Source of the DNA: Eledone cirrhosa | Taxonomy: Eukaryota | Reading direction: 5' to 3' | Assembly (NCBI GenBank): GCA_964016885.1 | Contig: OZ024746.1 | Coordinates: forward strand, 42,966,001-43,030,000 | Length of the DNA: 64,000 bases | Shown: positions 1-17,404 of the stretch, piece after piece | How the letters are laid out: each line of letters begins with the position of its first letter | Numbering within the stretch: the stretch's first letter is position 1 | Notes under the pieces: model-generated | Databases searched by the model: none | The model's input: the letters and a program-made list of their open reading frames with translations, nothing else | Told to the model about the DNA's origin: nothing | Position numbers and translations under genes: made by a program

Positions 1-4027
<4,027 letters not shown>

Positions 4028-4201
4028 TCATCATCATCATCACCATTTTATATCCGGTCGGCTGACCTTGTCTTGCTCATACGGGAACTGATTCTGGCTT
4101 GATTTCTATAGCTGGATGCCCTTCCTAACACCAACCTCATTTACAGTGAGTGCAGGGTGCTTTTTTTTCCATGGCGCCTAAACGCCCATTTTACAGTGTG
4201 G
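4028..4201 (-). mobile_element. 3' part of an RTE-associated SINE-like module (AAGGGCATCCAGC family) with (GAT)n tail
   Basis: Reverse complement matches 32470-32716; (CAT)n at 4029-4043. Confidence 0.8.
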
Positions 4202-4632
4202 CAATGAGACGTAGGCAGCAACTGCAGAGGATATGCGACGGCTGAAGAGAATTGAAGCTAGTATGCTCCGTTGGATGTGCAATGTCAATGTGCATGAATG
4301 ACCAAGCATAGATCACTTGGGAAAGAAACTAGATATAATAGGGATAAGTTGTGGTGTGTAGGAGAGAAGGCTGAGATGGTATGGACATGTGATGTGCATG
4401 GAGGATGACCGCTGAGGAAAGAAGTGCCAAGAAATCCCAGTTGAAGGAAGATGCAGTAGAGGTAGACCACTAAAAACATGGGTGGAGGTGGTGAGAGCAG
4501 AGCTCAGATCACTGAAACTCACCGAGGAGATGACGAAGGACCGTGACAAGTGGAGAGATGCTGTGCTGAATAGGACCCGTCCAACCCTTGCAAGCAGGGA
4601 AAAGCAGACCTAAAATGATGATGATGATGATG
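4199..4632 (+). mobile_element. RTE-clade LINE 3' fragment, decayed
   Basis: Translates to EDMRRL..EASMLRWMC...RLRWYGHV...RGRPLKTW...DRDKWR with stops; (GAT)n tail. Confidence 0.88.
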
Positions 4633-4934
4633 TACATATATATATATATATGTGTATATATATATATATATAACGGTTCTTCTGTGTGTTTATAAAGTTT
4701 TAAAAAAATATTCCTTGATGGGGTTATTAACAGAATATGTATTATAGCTACATTTTAGTCAAAAGGTACACAAAAATAGTATAACTCACTAAAACAAAAG
4801 AATAATATTAAGATAAATAAAAAGAAACAGATTAAATCTAATCTCTTCATAAATTATAAAATGTTGTTAGCAATATACTTTCAAATGATAATTATTTTTA
4901 CATATTCAAGCTTTTAACTCACTATTTTACTCAC

Positions 4935-5572
4935 TAGTTTTTATATACAATGTATACATTTATTTCTATAATTTTATGCTATTCGTAATTTTTCTAAATG
5001 TTGTGGTTATAAGTAGCACATCAATTATTTCTAACTAGTTTAAATTATTTCAGCATTGAAATTAAATTCCTTCATGTATTTGATTCTTCTATTCATTGTA
5101 TTTGCAAGGAAGTTGCATCACTCATCCTTATTCAAATGACTCCTTTTGTAGATTATAAATTGTCCAACAGCCAAATTTGTTAACATGATATTGCCTTGAG
5201 TTTACTCTCTCTAAATAATATAATTAATTAATACAAGATCATAAGAAACCTATATTATTATTGAAGGTGTCTTATTTCAGTTTCATTGTTTATTATTCAT
5301 TATCTGAAAGCTAATATATAGATGACCACAGATCAACTAATTAGTTTCTTTACAAAGCGACATATAAGAATATCATTGAAATCAGCCAATAGTTATGTCC
5401 AGTTCATATTAAATTTGCAAGCGATCATCAACAAATTGAAATAGAGTCTTCAGTTTCTATCATGCTTTAACTGAAGTAGGCCACAAGGGATCATAGGATG
5501 AATGGACAATATCGATTGTTGATATTCTTGTTCAACTCTTATATTTCTGCATCTGCCAGTTACTTTAAGTCT
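4935..5572 (-). pseudogene. Exon relic(s): post-NACHT helical/winged-helix-like region
   Basis: tacaatag acceptor and gtgagt donor. LADAEI*ELNKNINNRYCPFIL*SLVAYF, then a frameshift to KLKTLFQFVDDRLQI*YELDITIG*FQ*YSYMSLCK; resembles PLYLKL...LFERLEKKHG...YIT.S. Confidence 0.4.
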
Positions 5573-5934
5573 CTATTGTAAATATTACATTATATCTCAA
5601 GGAAGTGAATAGAAAATTTAACAGCTATAAAATTATTATCCTCTGTATTATTTTCTGTTTCTATTATTAGAAATATTTAGAGTAAATATTTTTTTCTGGC
5701 AGGAAAAGTTTAAATTATATTTTAAGACTTTATAGTGTTTGTTTAAAATAAATTACAAAAGGAACAACATTTAGGTCAATATAAGCTAAAAATGTAGCTT
5801 GCAGTTGACACTAGATCGACAAATTGATAGATTGTTTATCAATAGAGTAAACATCTTTTAGTTCATCTCACATCTATCTTTAAGGTTAAAGCTATGGTCT
5901 TTTAAAATTACATTATTTTATTTTAAAGGGTGAA

Positions 5935-5966
<32 letters not shown>

Positions 5967-6189
5967 TTTTTTTCGAAAGTTTATGTGTACTGCAGTTTAT
6001 TTAGCTATATGCATAACATATTTAGTGTCAGATTGATTAAAAGTAACGATTTTGGTAAGCCTCTTATAGTCATAGGAACGTTATGTGTAAATTGGTGGCA
6101 TTCATACATTTTCTGAGAGTATTAAGAGTATAAATAAGCTGAAATGTTAGGAATGAAATTCAATTGATATTATTCACAATGAATTGAGC

Positions 6190-6410
6190 AAATTCCCAGC
6201 ACCATTGGAACATAAGGCAAAATGCCTTGTGGTATTTATTCTGAATTTTCGTAATCTGAGATCAACTTTACTTTTCATGTTTTCAGGGCTGATAAAATAA
6301 AGTACCAGTCCAAGGCAGTAGATTGGCAGACCTGTTAAAGTGTTGGACAAGTTATGATGTGGTATTTGTTCCTGTACTTAGCATTCTGGGTTCAAATATT
6401 GATTTAGCCT
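6190..6410 (+). mobile_element. Two degenerate tRNA-derived SINE pieces
   Basis: Core CTTTTCATGTTTTCAGGGCTGATAAAATAAAGTACCAG, followed by a second head GGCAGTAGATTGGCAGA...GGTTCAAAT. Confidence 0.65.
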
Positions 6411-8375
6411 ATTTAGGTAATAGAGTTTCTTTATTATTCATTTTAAAATTGCCATCCTGACACTTAGATGCTTGTAGCAGAGTCTAATTTGTTGCTAGTA
6501 TATGGGCAAGGTCTCTGATTTGAAGATACCTTCCTTCTTCCCACCAGAGTCAGAAGTCCCGGAAAGGATCATGGACATTACTTCTCTCTCCATAACAAAA
6601 GAACAAAAGAAAAGACAGATACTCTATCAATAAATTAATTATTTTACTTCTTTGTCATTTGTAAAAATACCAATATTCAATAAAAATTATTGTCCTTGTG
6701 AACTCTGAAAACATCTGTTTTAATGTATAAAAATAGTTATTCTATAGTTGCAAGATGTATTTGGGATATGTTCCTCTAAATAATTGTATGGTTCTTAGTT
6801 CATATAACTGAATACTTTGTTATTTTGAAAAATATTTATGACAACAGAAATTTAATAAGAAACCTGGAAACTTTTTAACATAACATTTTCAAGGAAAACC
6901 TTGTGTAACAGAAATATCATAAATAGTTGTGGTATATCTGTTAATTATTTCAGGTAGCAATATATTTATCTCTATATTGACTTATGTGTTTATTTGACCT
7001 AATTTTTATAATGTACAAACATTTTATTTCAAAATACTCACTCAGATATATGTCTAGGATAAAATTACATCAAAATAAAAAACAATTTAATATTTAGTCA
7101 AATATATATAAAAAAAAAGTAGTATTGGAAAGCACTATAAATGCTATAAATGAGATGGAAAGGAGAGAAAGAACAAGGAGTATTAGGCGACAAAGAAAGT
7201 GGAAGGGTAGAGGGTGACACACTGTACACCTAAGATAGAGCAGTGAGTCAGCTGCACCGCATGGACAAAATAGCCAAAGCATTTCTGCAGAAAATGGTCA
7301 CCAACAGTTGCAGCAAAGGACACCCCACCTCACAGGGCTCCTTCCTCAAATGGGCTGCTGTCATTCCAATTTTACAGAGGATGTCAGCTGTCTGAGGTCC
7401 AAGGTTGCCTGAGGTCTTGATGATGACCTAATTGAAAAGAACATACATAGGTATTGTATATAAAGTATAATAATCTTCTGTTATTCAAAAATAACCAACA
7501 GAATAAAATCTCCTTTTGACCACACCCCTCAGTTTTCTGTTTTATTTATTGCCCTTAATTGTTGCTATTTAGCCCCAGGTTAGACTTAGTAGAGTGGAGG
7601 GATGATTTATGATCAATAATCATAAAATATATTACATTTTGTATATATTTATTATAATTTTTATAACATTTGTCATATGTTAAGAGAAAGAAACACCCAA
7701 GTGCCTAACGAACTACTAACTTTTAAATATTCATTCATGCTGTTGGCTATCTTTAGGGGTATTTTGTATTTCGAAAACAAAATCAATCCTAGATCAATCA
7801 AAGCTAATGGAAAATACAATGTTACTTTATTAATTCGATTTCTCATACCTATTTTAAAAGTTTTAGAATAAGTAAATGCTTTTATATACTGATAAACTAC
7901 AGTTTTCAATATAAATGGGTGGAGGCAGTATATATGTAGTTTAAATTAAAATAAAATGTTAGTTTGTTTCATATAATAATGAAATCTTTAGTTAAGTAAA
8001 TATGAATAATGCTTTCTGTGATACATATGAAATTTTAAGCTTTTTTAATCTATGAATACTTGTGAAAAGCAATTAAATTTTCCATAACAATATTCCTTAT
8101 CTGTTATCAAAGCAAATTCATACACATTTATATTATATATGTATAAATAAATATATATACATACATACATTATGTATCATTATCATCCTCACTATTTAAC
8201 GCCCATTTTTCCATGCTTGCATGGGTTAGATGGACACACACACACACAGTATGTGTATGGGTATATATATATATATGTGGAGCTTCAATTCGGATCTAAC
8301 TGTCGAAATGGCTGGAGCTCAGCATTCAGGGGTCCTTAATCTTTTCATATTACCCACTCTATATATATATGTGCA

Positions 8376-8433
<58 letters not shown>

Positions 8434-8601
8434 CACACACACACATTATGTAAAGAGCATATATCAAAATACTTTTTGCTCTTTGGGGGGTTTTATGGAA
8501 CTTTTATTAATTTGTGAACATCTGCATAACTTCATTTGATTTGAGTTATCTTTCCATGAAGTTAAATGTCATTAATTAAATAACATTCAATTTTAAATTA
8601 C

Positions 8602-8847
8602 CAGGAGTGCATTAAATCAAAGATCAGAACTATGGCAATAAATCCCACTTATATCATCAGAAAAATCAAGAAACTAACAAAACTAAAGAAAGTTTCTATG
8701 TTGTTAGAAGACCTGGGAACGAATGCTCAAGTATAATAAGATTTAGGCTCTTGTTATGATAAATATAGGCCATCACATATAATATTGGATAGTACTACTA
8801 TATTGAAGATGATAACAATGTGTAATATCTTTTTTTAAATATTGAAT
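8602..8847 (-). pseudogene. Exon relic: NACHT Walker-B-like segment
   Basis: tctgttcag acceptor and gtaatt donor. NIICDGLYLS*QEPKSYYT*AFVPRSSNNIETFFS resembles hhhhDGLDQL...WLP..LP.NV.hhhS. Confidence 0.45.
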
Positions 8848-9516
8848 CTGAACAGATAATTTTATAGCTGAATAGTTCCATGTTGCTTTCTGACATTAGG
8901 AAGAGCAAAATATATTGACTGTGTACCTTTGCAAGACATATCTATGTAAAATGGCTCTTGAAAATGCTAGGGTATGAAATTGCTCAAAATACAACATCAA
9001 TAATTGAAGAAGGACTGTCTGCTGCTTTTCTTATACTTTTATTTCAGCATAAATAAGCATATTGACATGAAATCCTTTTGGTATGCTTTTTTAAGACAAT
9101 TATATAACTTGCATTCAAAGATTGAAATGATAAAATAACATGGTAAAATTCTTGCATACATACCTCTGCATCTATAAATAAATTATTTTCTATCATCATC
9201 ATCATCAATTTACAGCCTATTTTTCTACACTGGTATGTAAATAAATATTCATCAAAGTGTATTGAAAGATAACATTCAAATTTACATAGAAAGCAAGAAA
9301 GTGGACTTTACTTTCTTATAATTTTGAATATATTAATTCAAATATAAATTAAAAATCAGTTCAAAATTCACTTAGTCATGTTATGTATATGCTTGACAGC
9401 TGGTAAAGAAGGTGAAATGAACACAAAGAATGGGCAATCAAGAAAGAAAGTGAGAGAGGTGGAAAGAGAGAAGTGAAATATAAAAGCAGGCACATAAATG
9501 GAACATTTAAAACAAT

Positions 9517-9517
<1 letters not shown>

Positions 9518-9558
<41 letters not shown>
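9518..9558. repeat. (CT)n microsatellite
   Basis: Read directly from the sequence. Confidence 0.95.
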
Positions 9559-9560
<2 letters not shown>

Positions 9561-9842
9561 ACAGACAGAGATAGTTAGTTCCACAACAAATTAGCAAACC
9601 ATACTCGAGGATGCGCATTTCGCTGAACGGATTTTCAACTCGTGTATGGCTGCGGTGAGAAAGGAAGTATATATGGGCTAACTGGATTCTGTGTGGCAGA
9701 AGATTGTAGATTGGTGACAAGGGAAACAACCGAAATTGTACTGTTGCAGGGGAGAACATTTTTGTTTCATTTAGTTCATTTTGGGTAAAATCTTTGGTTA
9801 TCCTGTGTCCTTCCAGTTATCCAACGTTCAACTATGTCAGAA

Positions 9843-10160
9843 CTATTTGACATCTCAATGGGATCCTTCGATAGTGCTGATGTATGTGATTAGGTTGGAT
9901 TATATATATTAGATATGTTCCAAGTCATATTCCTGAACTTCCACATGACGACGGCCTAACCCTATGAAACCGTAAATGTGGTCACAACCTAGATTGATTT
10001 AGGACTCAAGATCACTGTAGCCACAAATCTGACTAGCGTAGATTATTTAGATATCACCCTAGACCTCGTCACACACACATTCCAGCCTTTCCACTAATCT
10101 AATGAAAAGTTAACTTATATACACAAGGACTCATGTGACTCACCTACTTTGTTAAAAACA
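9843..10160 (+). mobile_element. Penelope-like element RT fragment, decayed
   Basis: LFDISMGSFDSADVCD*VGLYIL ... HDDGL ... GLKITVATNLTSVDYLDITLDL..TFQPF..N.KLTYIHKDS; these are PLE RT motifs. Confidence 0.85.
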
Positions 10161-10189
10161 ACAGTACTAGGATTTTGCCCTTGAGAGGT

Positions 10190-10530
10190 GCAATTGTGCA
10201 AGGTTAGCTTTTATAACCTCATCCCTAGTCTTCCTACTCCATAGCTTCCATCAACTTTGAGTGCTCTGCACCTGTTTATACAGCTGTTATCTTTCATATG
10301 CATCACATGTCCATACCAACACAATCTCTTCTCTTGCACACTGCATCTGATTCCTCTTATGCCTAGTTTCTTCCCAGTTGGTTTATGCTTTGCCATTTAT
10401 GTAGATTACTATTACACATCCATCGAAACATGCAAGCTTCATTTCTTTCCAATCTCCAGAAGTCCTCTGCACATGGCACCAAGGCCTCACTACCATGCAA
10501 CATTGCTGTTCACATACATGCATCATACAA
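10190..10530 (-). mobile_element. RTE LINE 3' fragment
   Basis: LGIRGIRCSVQEKRLCWYGHVMHMKDNSCINRCRALKVDG; similar to 32063-32400. Confidence 0.85.
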
Positions 10531-10559
10531 TCTGCCTTTCAATATATATAGTCATTAAT

Positions 10560-10668
10560 CAGCCAGAGGTTATAGAAGAAGACACCTGTCCAAGGTGCCG
10601 CACAGTGGGATCGAACCAGGAACCCTTTGGCTGAAAGGGAACTTCTTAATCCCATAGCCATTACTGCA
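10560..10668 (-). mobile_element. tRNA-derived SINE head (second family)
   Basis: Minus strand reads TGGCTATGGG...GGTTCGATCCC (B box) followed by GCACCTTGGACAGGTGTCTT. Confidence 0.7.
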
Positions 10669-11864
10669 TCTATCAGTAATAGTTAATATTTGAGAATTTG
10701 TTAGAATGTTTATAGGAAGAGAATGATAATATATTTGTCAGAAGAAAATGACATAAAAAGAATCGATGAATTCAAATTAGGAATAAATATTGTAAGAAAA
10801 GTAAGACAAAGCAAAAGGAAAGGCAATGGAGGCAGACCTTGATGAGGGTTAGCTTTTTTTGATAATGCAGATAATATTCTATAGCTGTCCAAGATAATAT
10901 TTTTGCTGTGAATAAGGTGTAAATCAATGGCTTTGTGAAAGTTAAGCACTCAAAAATAAAAGACAATAAATGAGAAATCAATTTTATGAAATTTGTTATG
11001 TTTAAATTATATTTTAGTGATGTTATTTAACGTAAAATCAGTTCTAATTGAGCATACTGATGATCAGGATCATTCCAACCATGACCACCAAGTCTTCTAT
11101 ATTAAGAAATTATTATCCAATCTATCCATTTTTTAAGATGCTAGTATAGGATTTGAATGAACTGGATCAAGAAATTGTATAGAAGCTTTATTCTATGTTT
11201 ATTTAGAATATATTCTTTCACAGATATTTAGAAATTAGATCATAAGGAATTTACATGCAAACAAAACTCAGATATCTGAAAAAGAATTATATATATTTTT
11301 TTAATTAAAAAATGCTACTAACAAAATCTACTGCAATCCAAACAATTTCTAAAATATTTTTTACAGGTATTGGTTAATTAAAAGTTACTAGGATTGCTAA
11401 ATTGAGCTGCTGACTGGGAAATCACTAAGGAATAGAAATTAGCCTGAGCAAATTTATGAGTGGTTGAACTTGGAAATGATAAAGAGGTAAGATATTAATG
11501 AAAAAAGATAAAAAGTGTTAAACAAATTACAAATTCTGAAATTACATATAGTGAACAGGAATGTTTTATATTGTATATGTGTATAACATTTATATATTAA
11601 CTGATTACACTTATAAATATAATTAATCATATTTATGGTTTTCTTTAACTAACTACTCGAATGTCAATTTTAAAGTGATATAAATACATATATATGTATG
11701 TATATAACCTATGACAGCTTTTTTGCACTGGATTAGTTTGGGAAATCGCAATCTAATATCTCCCTCAATACTCCCACTCTATCTCTCTCTCTCTGTTGAC
11801 AAGATGATCAATTGTCAGAGCATCTGTTACTTCTAACATTGTATTTATCTTCAACCTGTAAAAA

Positions 11865-12100
11865 TATCTATCTATCTATGCATCACTCTCTCTCATTCTC
11901 TAACATATCTATATATTTATATCCATCTGCCCATCCATCTATCTCTCTATCTATCTAGTTATTTATCTATCTAGATATCTATCTATTTATCAGGTTATCT
12001 GCCTATCAACCTGCCTATCTATTTACATAACTCCCTATAATCTATGTTTGCTTGACTGTCAATCTATAGTTATCTATTTATCTATATTTATCAATGTGTC
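11865..12100. repeat. Degenerate (TATC)n low-complexity tract
   Basis: Read directly from the sequence. Confidence 0.8.
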
Positions 12101-12598
12101 TATTTTTGGACATGAACAACAATACCAACAGAGTACAAATCCCAATAGGAGTCCAAATATAGAAATATTGGACAATGTCATCATAATTTATTGCATATAT
12201 GTTTAATAATGATTAAAGAAAATATAGAAAGAAAAATATTGTAATTGATTTCAATAAATGTGGAATGAAATACGACAATGGCTGGAGTGACAAGAGGGAG
12301 AAAGTCAAGGAAAATTCAGTATTCAAGCATATTTGCATAGAATGTTGTAATTAAGATATTATTAAATTAAATACTTTTTACTACAAACTACATTATGTTT
12401 GACAGGTACTATGCTGTTATATATATATAGAGAGAGAGACAGACTAGAAAGCGTTCATCTAACAGGTTAGGCATAGCAGTTCTACTGTAAAATGCATCAG
12501 TGAGATATGTATATAGCTTAAGTGAACTCAGTTCTTTCAAAGCTACACCAAGAGATCTGCACAAAAAGGTTGTGGGGTCATGTGTATATTGAACTTAC

Positions 12599-12717
12599 AA
12601 TTCCAGAAAGCATTCAGTACATTTTTAGATGAATAGCTTCTGCAATTTTAACTTAAATGAAAATCTCCACAAGGACAAATGAGAGCTTATGCCTGAAATG
12701 GCTTCTTGCATGAACTC
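12599..12717 (-). pseudogene. Exon relic
   Basis: Acceptor ttttttcttttatatgatag and donor gtaagt are strong; all three frames contain stops. Confidence 0.35.
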
Positions 12718-13118
12718 CTATCATATAAAAGAAAAAAACCAATTTCAATTGCAGTAATAGTAAGACCTGTAAAAGAATGCAAGAATAATATATACAATTG
12801 AACACCCATACATACATATGAATAATGTAAATAACAGTATGCACATGCAAGTATACATCTAGCAACTCCTTCATTCTGTTATTTTTTTTCCATAAGAAAG
12901 AATTTGATGTATTAGATGACTTCAATGAAAGTAGAAAACAGCTTTTGAAATAAAACTTATCAAGGATTTCTAAATTCTTAAACATTAGAATGGAAATAAC
13001 AATTACTGTTAATATTTTTATGAATAAGTGTCAATTCTTCTGATAATTTTCTGAAATAAACAAATTGTATAGGAAATCAAATAAATGAAGAAATAAAGCA
13101 TTTCAGCTTTTATTTCAC

Positions 13119-13245
13119 AGAAGCAATTAGAAAGAAAATGCAAAAAGCTATTCCAACTGATCATTTTTTTTCTCAAAGAATCAATAGAAATTGGTTCAGT
13201 AAACCCAATTCCATAGAGGAATGTCTTAAAGTAATTAAAGATAGC
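13119..13245 (-). pseudogene. Exon relic with open frame
   Basis: atatatcag acceptor; AIFNYFKTFLYGIGFTEPISIDSLRKKMISWNSFLHFLSNCF, weakly like the post-Walker-A RFLGTTP.S segment. Confidence 0.35.
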
Positions 13246-13437
13246 CTGATATATTTTCAGAAGAATAAAAGAAAATTACAATACATTTCTTAACATTTAA
13301 AATATTGATCAAACATCAAGAACATTGAGTTCTTTATTTCACAGAAAACAAAAAAATACTTCATTTAAACATGAACATTTTAACTGACATTAAAAATTAC
13401 AGTTTAACTCACATTAAAAACATTCAATAATATTCAC

Positions 13438-13662
13438 TTATTATCTCATTTCAGATGGATAGATTGCTGGATATATAAATGTAAGTAGAATGTAAGAAGA
13501 TAGAAAACTGAATAAATGAGTAAGAATAAGTAAATGTATGAAAATTTGACTCTTAATTCAATAACTCCCAATTTGCTGAGCAGTTCAGAATAGGTATCAA
13601 ATTTTCTGTGAGCGTCATGACATTTTTTCTTATCCAATGGTGAAATAGCTCTTGTCTTAACT
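13438..13662 (-). pseudogene. Exon relic: pre-NACHT segment
   Basis: ttttacag acceptor. LRQELFHHWI, then a frameshift in an A-run to KCHDAHRKFDTYSELLSKL; resembles EVLQH...C....F.GR.ELL.KI. Confidence 0.45.
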
Positions 13663-14359
13663 CTGTAAAATTAGTGTTAAACATTTGTTCTTATGAATCA
13701 AAAGAACCCTTTGGGGATTCAGCCCTTATGTCATTTACCAAGCTATAGAATACAATGATATATTGTATGCAATCTTTAACCATTTATCACATGAAGATAT
13801 TTGTAAATAAACAATTTAAAATGAAAAGATAACATCATGGTTATACCCATAATATCATCTTTTATACACAACAAATTTTGTGTTTATACCACAATAAAAG
13901 ATCATACACAGATACACGTGTGTGTGTTTGTGTGTGTATTCAGTAAAATCACAAATGTGAGGGCCTCTGTTGGGATTTTCACATACTTATACATCTACTC
14001 CGTACCTAAATATATATTGAGTTTAATCTTAACGAGTGATCTTAGCTTCCAAACCGCAAATGCATTACACACACATATGCCCCTCCCCCACCATATATAT
14101 ATATGTACACTGATATCTACCTGTCTATGGTAGGGCTAATAATACTGTTAGGACTCCATATGTAGGCTTAAATCATATTGGATTTGGTTGAGCATTCAAA
14201 CGAGCTACAGAGTCATATGTATATATTAAACAATGAAAACAAAAGGCGAAGTTTAGTGATTAATTTGTTCATTGCTTTACGATCATTTCAGAAGGTCGAT
14301 TGATCATGATAACTCGATATAGTGACTAATTGATAGTTATATAATTCCATATTATTAAT

Positions 14360-14720
14360 CTCAATACTATACTTCCATCTCATTCAGCCTTTTTCAAGCA
14401 TCAATCATGTAGAGGCATTTCTTGCCATCATTTTATCATAGCATTTTAGAAATCCATTTTTAACTTAGTTTTTAGATTTATTCATGATTACTGTGTTGTT
14501 TCCTCTTTGTCCTAAACAGCATTTTCTTTTTTCCTGTGTTGTATTTAATTGGATTGAATCTGATTTGTGTTAGTTTTCAATTATCAAATAACTTGATGTT
14601 TTTATAATTCTACACTTGGTATATATTAGTTTTTAAGTTATCAGTATAGTCTGAGTGAACAGAGAATATACTTGAGGACAATTGGGAGTAGACACTTGCC
14701 TTCTTGGTCAGGATGTCCAT
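14360..14720 (-). mobile_element. Highly degraded PLE GIY-YIG-like remnant
   Basis: Scattered NIYQ, KW.. and K.CL....EK-like pieces; weak. Confidence 0.3.
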
Positions 14721-14904
14721 GACATTTTGTGGTATTTTCCTTGAAGTCTCCCCATTTTCTTTGTTTTCATTTTACACAGTTTATTTTTGTTCTCTTTACT
14801 TTCCTTTTGTACATATTTTTCATGTAAACCCACAAAGTATTATCCTGTACTATCCTTGATTTTTATGTAAACCTTTCCACTCAATAAAGGAATTGGTTAT
14901 TTCA

Positions 14905-16020
14905 TTGTTGTTGTTATTATTATTTCTTTTGTCATGCAGTGTAGATTGAAAATGCACTGGGGTATTTAGATAACTTTGAAGTCACAACAGGGACCTCAGA
15001 TAGATAATACTTTCCCTAAAATGTGTATAGTGTCTAGCAAGGCTGATTTTTGTATCACACCAATCTTGCATGGTATTCCCAAATAACTTCAAAGATTTGG
15101 AGTTCTACTAGGATTGATCCTAATTCCCTAATACCAGCTCATATCACTTTCACATTACCCTCACATATTCCAAACAGTCTTGCAATCTTCACTTTCAATT
15201 CTGAGTACTTGGTGAGTTTTTCAACCTCTTTACTCATAATATTCATGCCATTTGGTATGACTACATCTATGACCTGACAGTATTTGTCTTTCTTGTTCAA
15301 CATTTACAAGGTCCAGTTGATAATGCTCAATACCAGAATCTCACTGCTTTTGCATCCTCTTACATTATTTTACAAGACACATGCTCATATCAATTCTCTA
15401 TTAATTAAAATTGTTATTTACAACATAAGAGCCAATGAAGCACAAACAGACATTATCATGGCAGTACATATATTCTTTTTGTACAAGGCCCTCACATCCA
15501 CTTACCAAGTAGGATACATTTTCTACATTCTTTTCCCAGAATCTGCATTCCTGGGTGTCAGAAATTTTGTATACTTCACTAAATTGGTAGCCAGAGTGTG
15601 GACCTGTGCAGCAATTATAAGTGTCTTTCAGTGGTATGCTTCAAATACTGTTACTTAAGCCATGTCCATGATGTTGTTTTATCCTTGATATCCTGTGTAG
15701 TTCTTTCAAACTACCTGTGCATTCTCATTTCCAGAAGATCTTTTCTCTTCTTTTCAACTCTTTGATTATACTTTTCCTAACCAACCATTTCTACTGCATT
15801 TATATGCATATTGTCTGCTGTATATTGCAACAACTCTTCATCACTATTTACTAAATATACTGCAGGCATTCTCCTTTCACTCCTTATACAATAATCCAAA
15901 CTGATGAGACCTCTACAACCATTCTTTCTCTTTATGTAAAATCTGTTTATATTTGCTTTAAGGTGTAATGCTCTGTACAATGTCATTAACATTCTTGACT
16001 TTTGATCCAACTTTGCTATT
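14905..16020 (-). mobile_element. R4/Dong-like (REL endonuclease) LINE 3' fragment
   Basis: LDQKSRMLMTLYRALHLKANINRFYIKRKNGCRGLISL; IIAAQ; VIDVVIP....KEVEKLTKYSELK; QKSALLDTIHILGKVL; (AAT/AAC)n tail. Confidence 0.88.
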
Positions 16021-16044
16021 TCTTCTTCTTCTTATTATTATTAT

Positions 16045-16230
16045 TATTGGCAGAATCCTTAGAGCATTGGCTGAAATACTTCGCTATATTTAGTTGTAGA
16101 TCATTACATTGAGTTCCTGCTGAGGTCAACTTTTATCTTTCTGGGGTCAATGAAATAGAGTACTGAAGCTGATTTCAAAGACTTTCTCCCTATCTCAAAT
16201 TGCTGGCCTTATGTCTAAATTAGAAATGAT
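16045..16230 (+). mobile_element. tRNA-derived SINE, degenerate
   Basis: TTGGCAGAATC...GAGGTCAACTTT...GGGGTCAATGAAAT...TGCTGGCCTTATGTCTAAATTAGAAA. Confidence 0.7.
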
Positions 16231-16374
16231 AATCAACAACAATAGAAACAGAAAGAAAGTAGCTGATCATTAGATCAGACAAAGAAAACAATGTTTCATT
16301 GGTCTTCCTATAGCTGATACTACCTGCCTATGCAACTCCGAAGAGAGGAAAACTAGTGAAAAACACTAATATCA

Positions 16375-17125
16375 TGCTATATAAAGAAAGTGAGATAAGA
16401 GAAATAGATGAAACACAGACATACAAATAGTTATGGATCAATGAAATTGACAGGTTTCAACATAAACAGATGAAAGAAAAAATTAGAAAGGAATGTTATA
16501 GACGAATTAGGTTATCATTTAAAACAGAACTAAATACAAATAATAAGGTAGTTGGAATCAATATTCTAACGATCCCAGGAATAAGCTAGTTTTAATAATC
16601 TGAACTGGACATTAAAAGAACTAGCAGGAATAGACAGAAAAACAGGAAACATAATAACTGCATTTAGAATACACTTTCCAAAATCAGATGTAAAAAGATT
16701 ACACCTACCACAAACAAAAAGTAAGAAGGAGCCTTATGCAACTAGAAAACTATTATAAAATAACCACTGTAGGACTAAAATTATATAATAAATAACAAAG
16801 GAAAATTAATACAAATAGCCACAAAACATGAACAAAATAAAAAAATTGTTTTCTGTTTCCAAGAAAGCCAACAAATTCACAACAGAAGCTGGATTGACAG
16901 ATAACAGTGAAGAAAATGAAAATAAAGAAGAAACAACAACAATAATTGTGAAAAACAAAATATGAATTGAAAACAGACCTCCAGAATACTATGCTAAAAT
17001 GATGACAGGAAAAACCCTTACATGGCCAATACTCCAAAATATTGAATACAGAGGAAGTTGACAAGCAAAACTCACAAAATTGGCTATGAAGTACTAGATT
17101 AAAAGTTGAGACGAATGATTTCTAA
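16375..17125 (+). mobile_element. R4/Dong-like LINE internal fragment
   Basis: KEKIRKECYRRIR..KTELN..NKV.GIN; NWTLKELAGIDRKT; PKSDVKRLHLP; EKPLHGQY. Confidence 0.85.
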
Positions 17126-17159
17126 CAGAGACTAAGAAAATAAACATTTAAAAAACAAA

Positions 17160-17404
17160 CTTAGGTTCCACAAAGGTGAGGTGACTCCAAGGGTTACTCA
17201 TGGAGAAATCCCACAAAAACCATGCTCACCTTGTCCGCTAGGGCAAAGTACTGTCTCCGAAAACAGCCTTGTGAGGAACAACAAGGGTTCTAAGGAGGAT
17301 GTTGAAAGGAGAAGGAATGACTATGGCTTGCTCTTTTTGTATAGTGTTGGTGTAACATCTGCCAGAGCAAAAGTGTTACGAATGATAATAATAATAATAA
17401 TAAT
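17160..17404 (+). mobile_element. Unclassified retroposon 3' end with (AAT)n tail
   Basis: GC-richer island ending in (AAT)n. Confidence 0.45.

Noticed and set aside
11367-11486. Plus-strand 120-nt segment with a good acceptor (ttttttacag) and donor (gtaaga)
   Set aside because: All frames contain stops and no partner exons were found. Such sites arise by chance in AT-rich DNA, though a lncRNA exon cannot be excluded.
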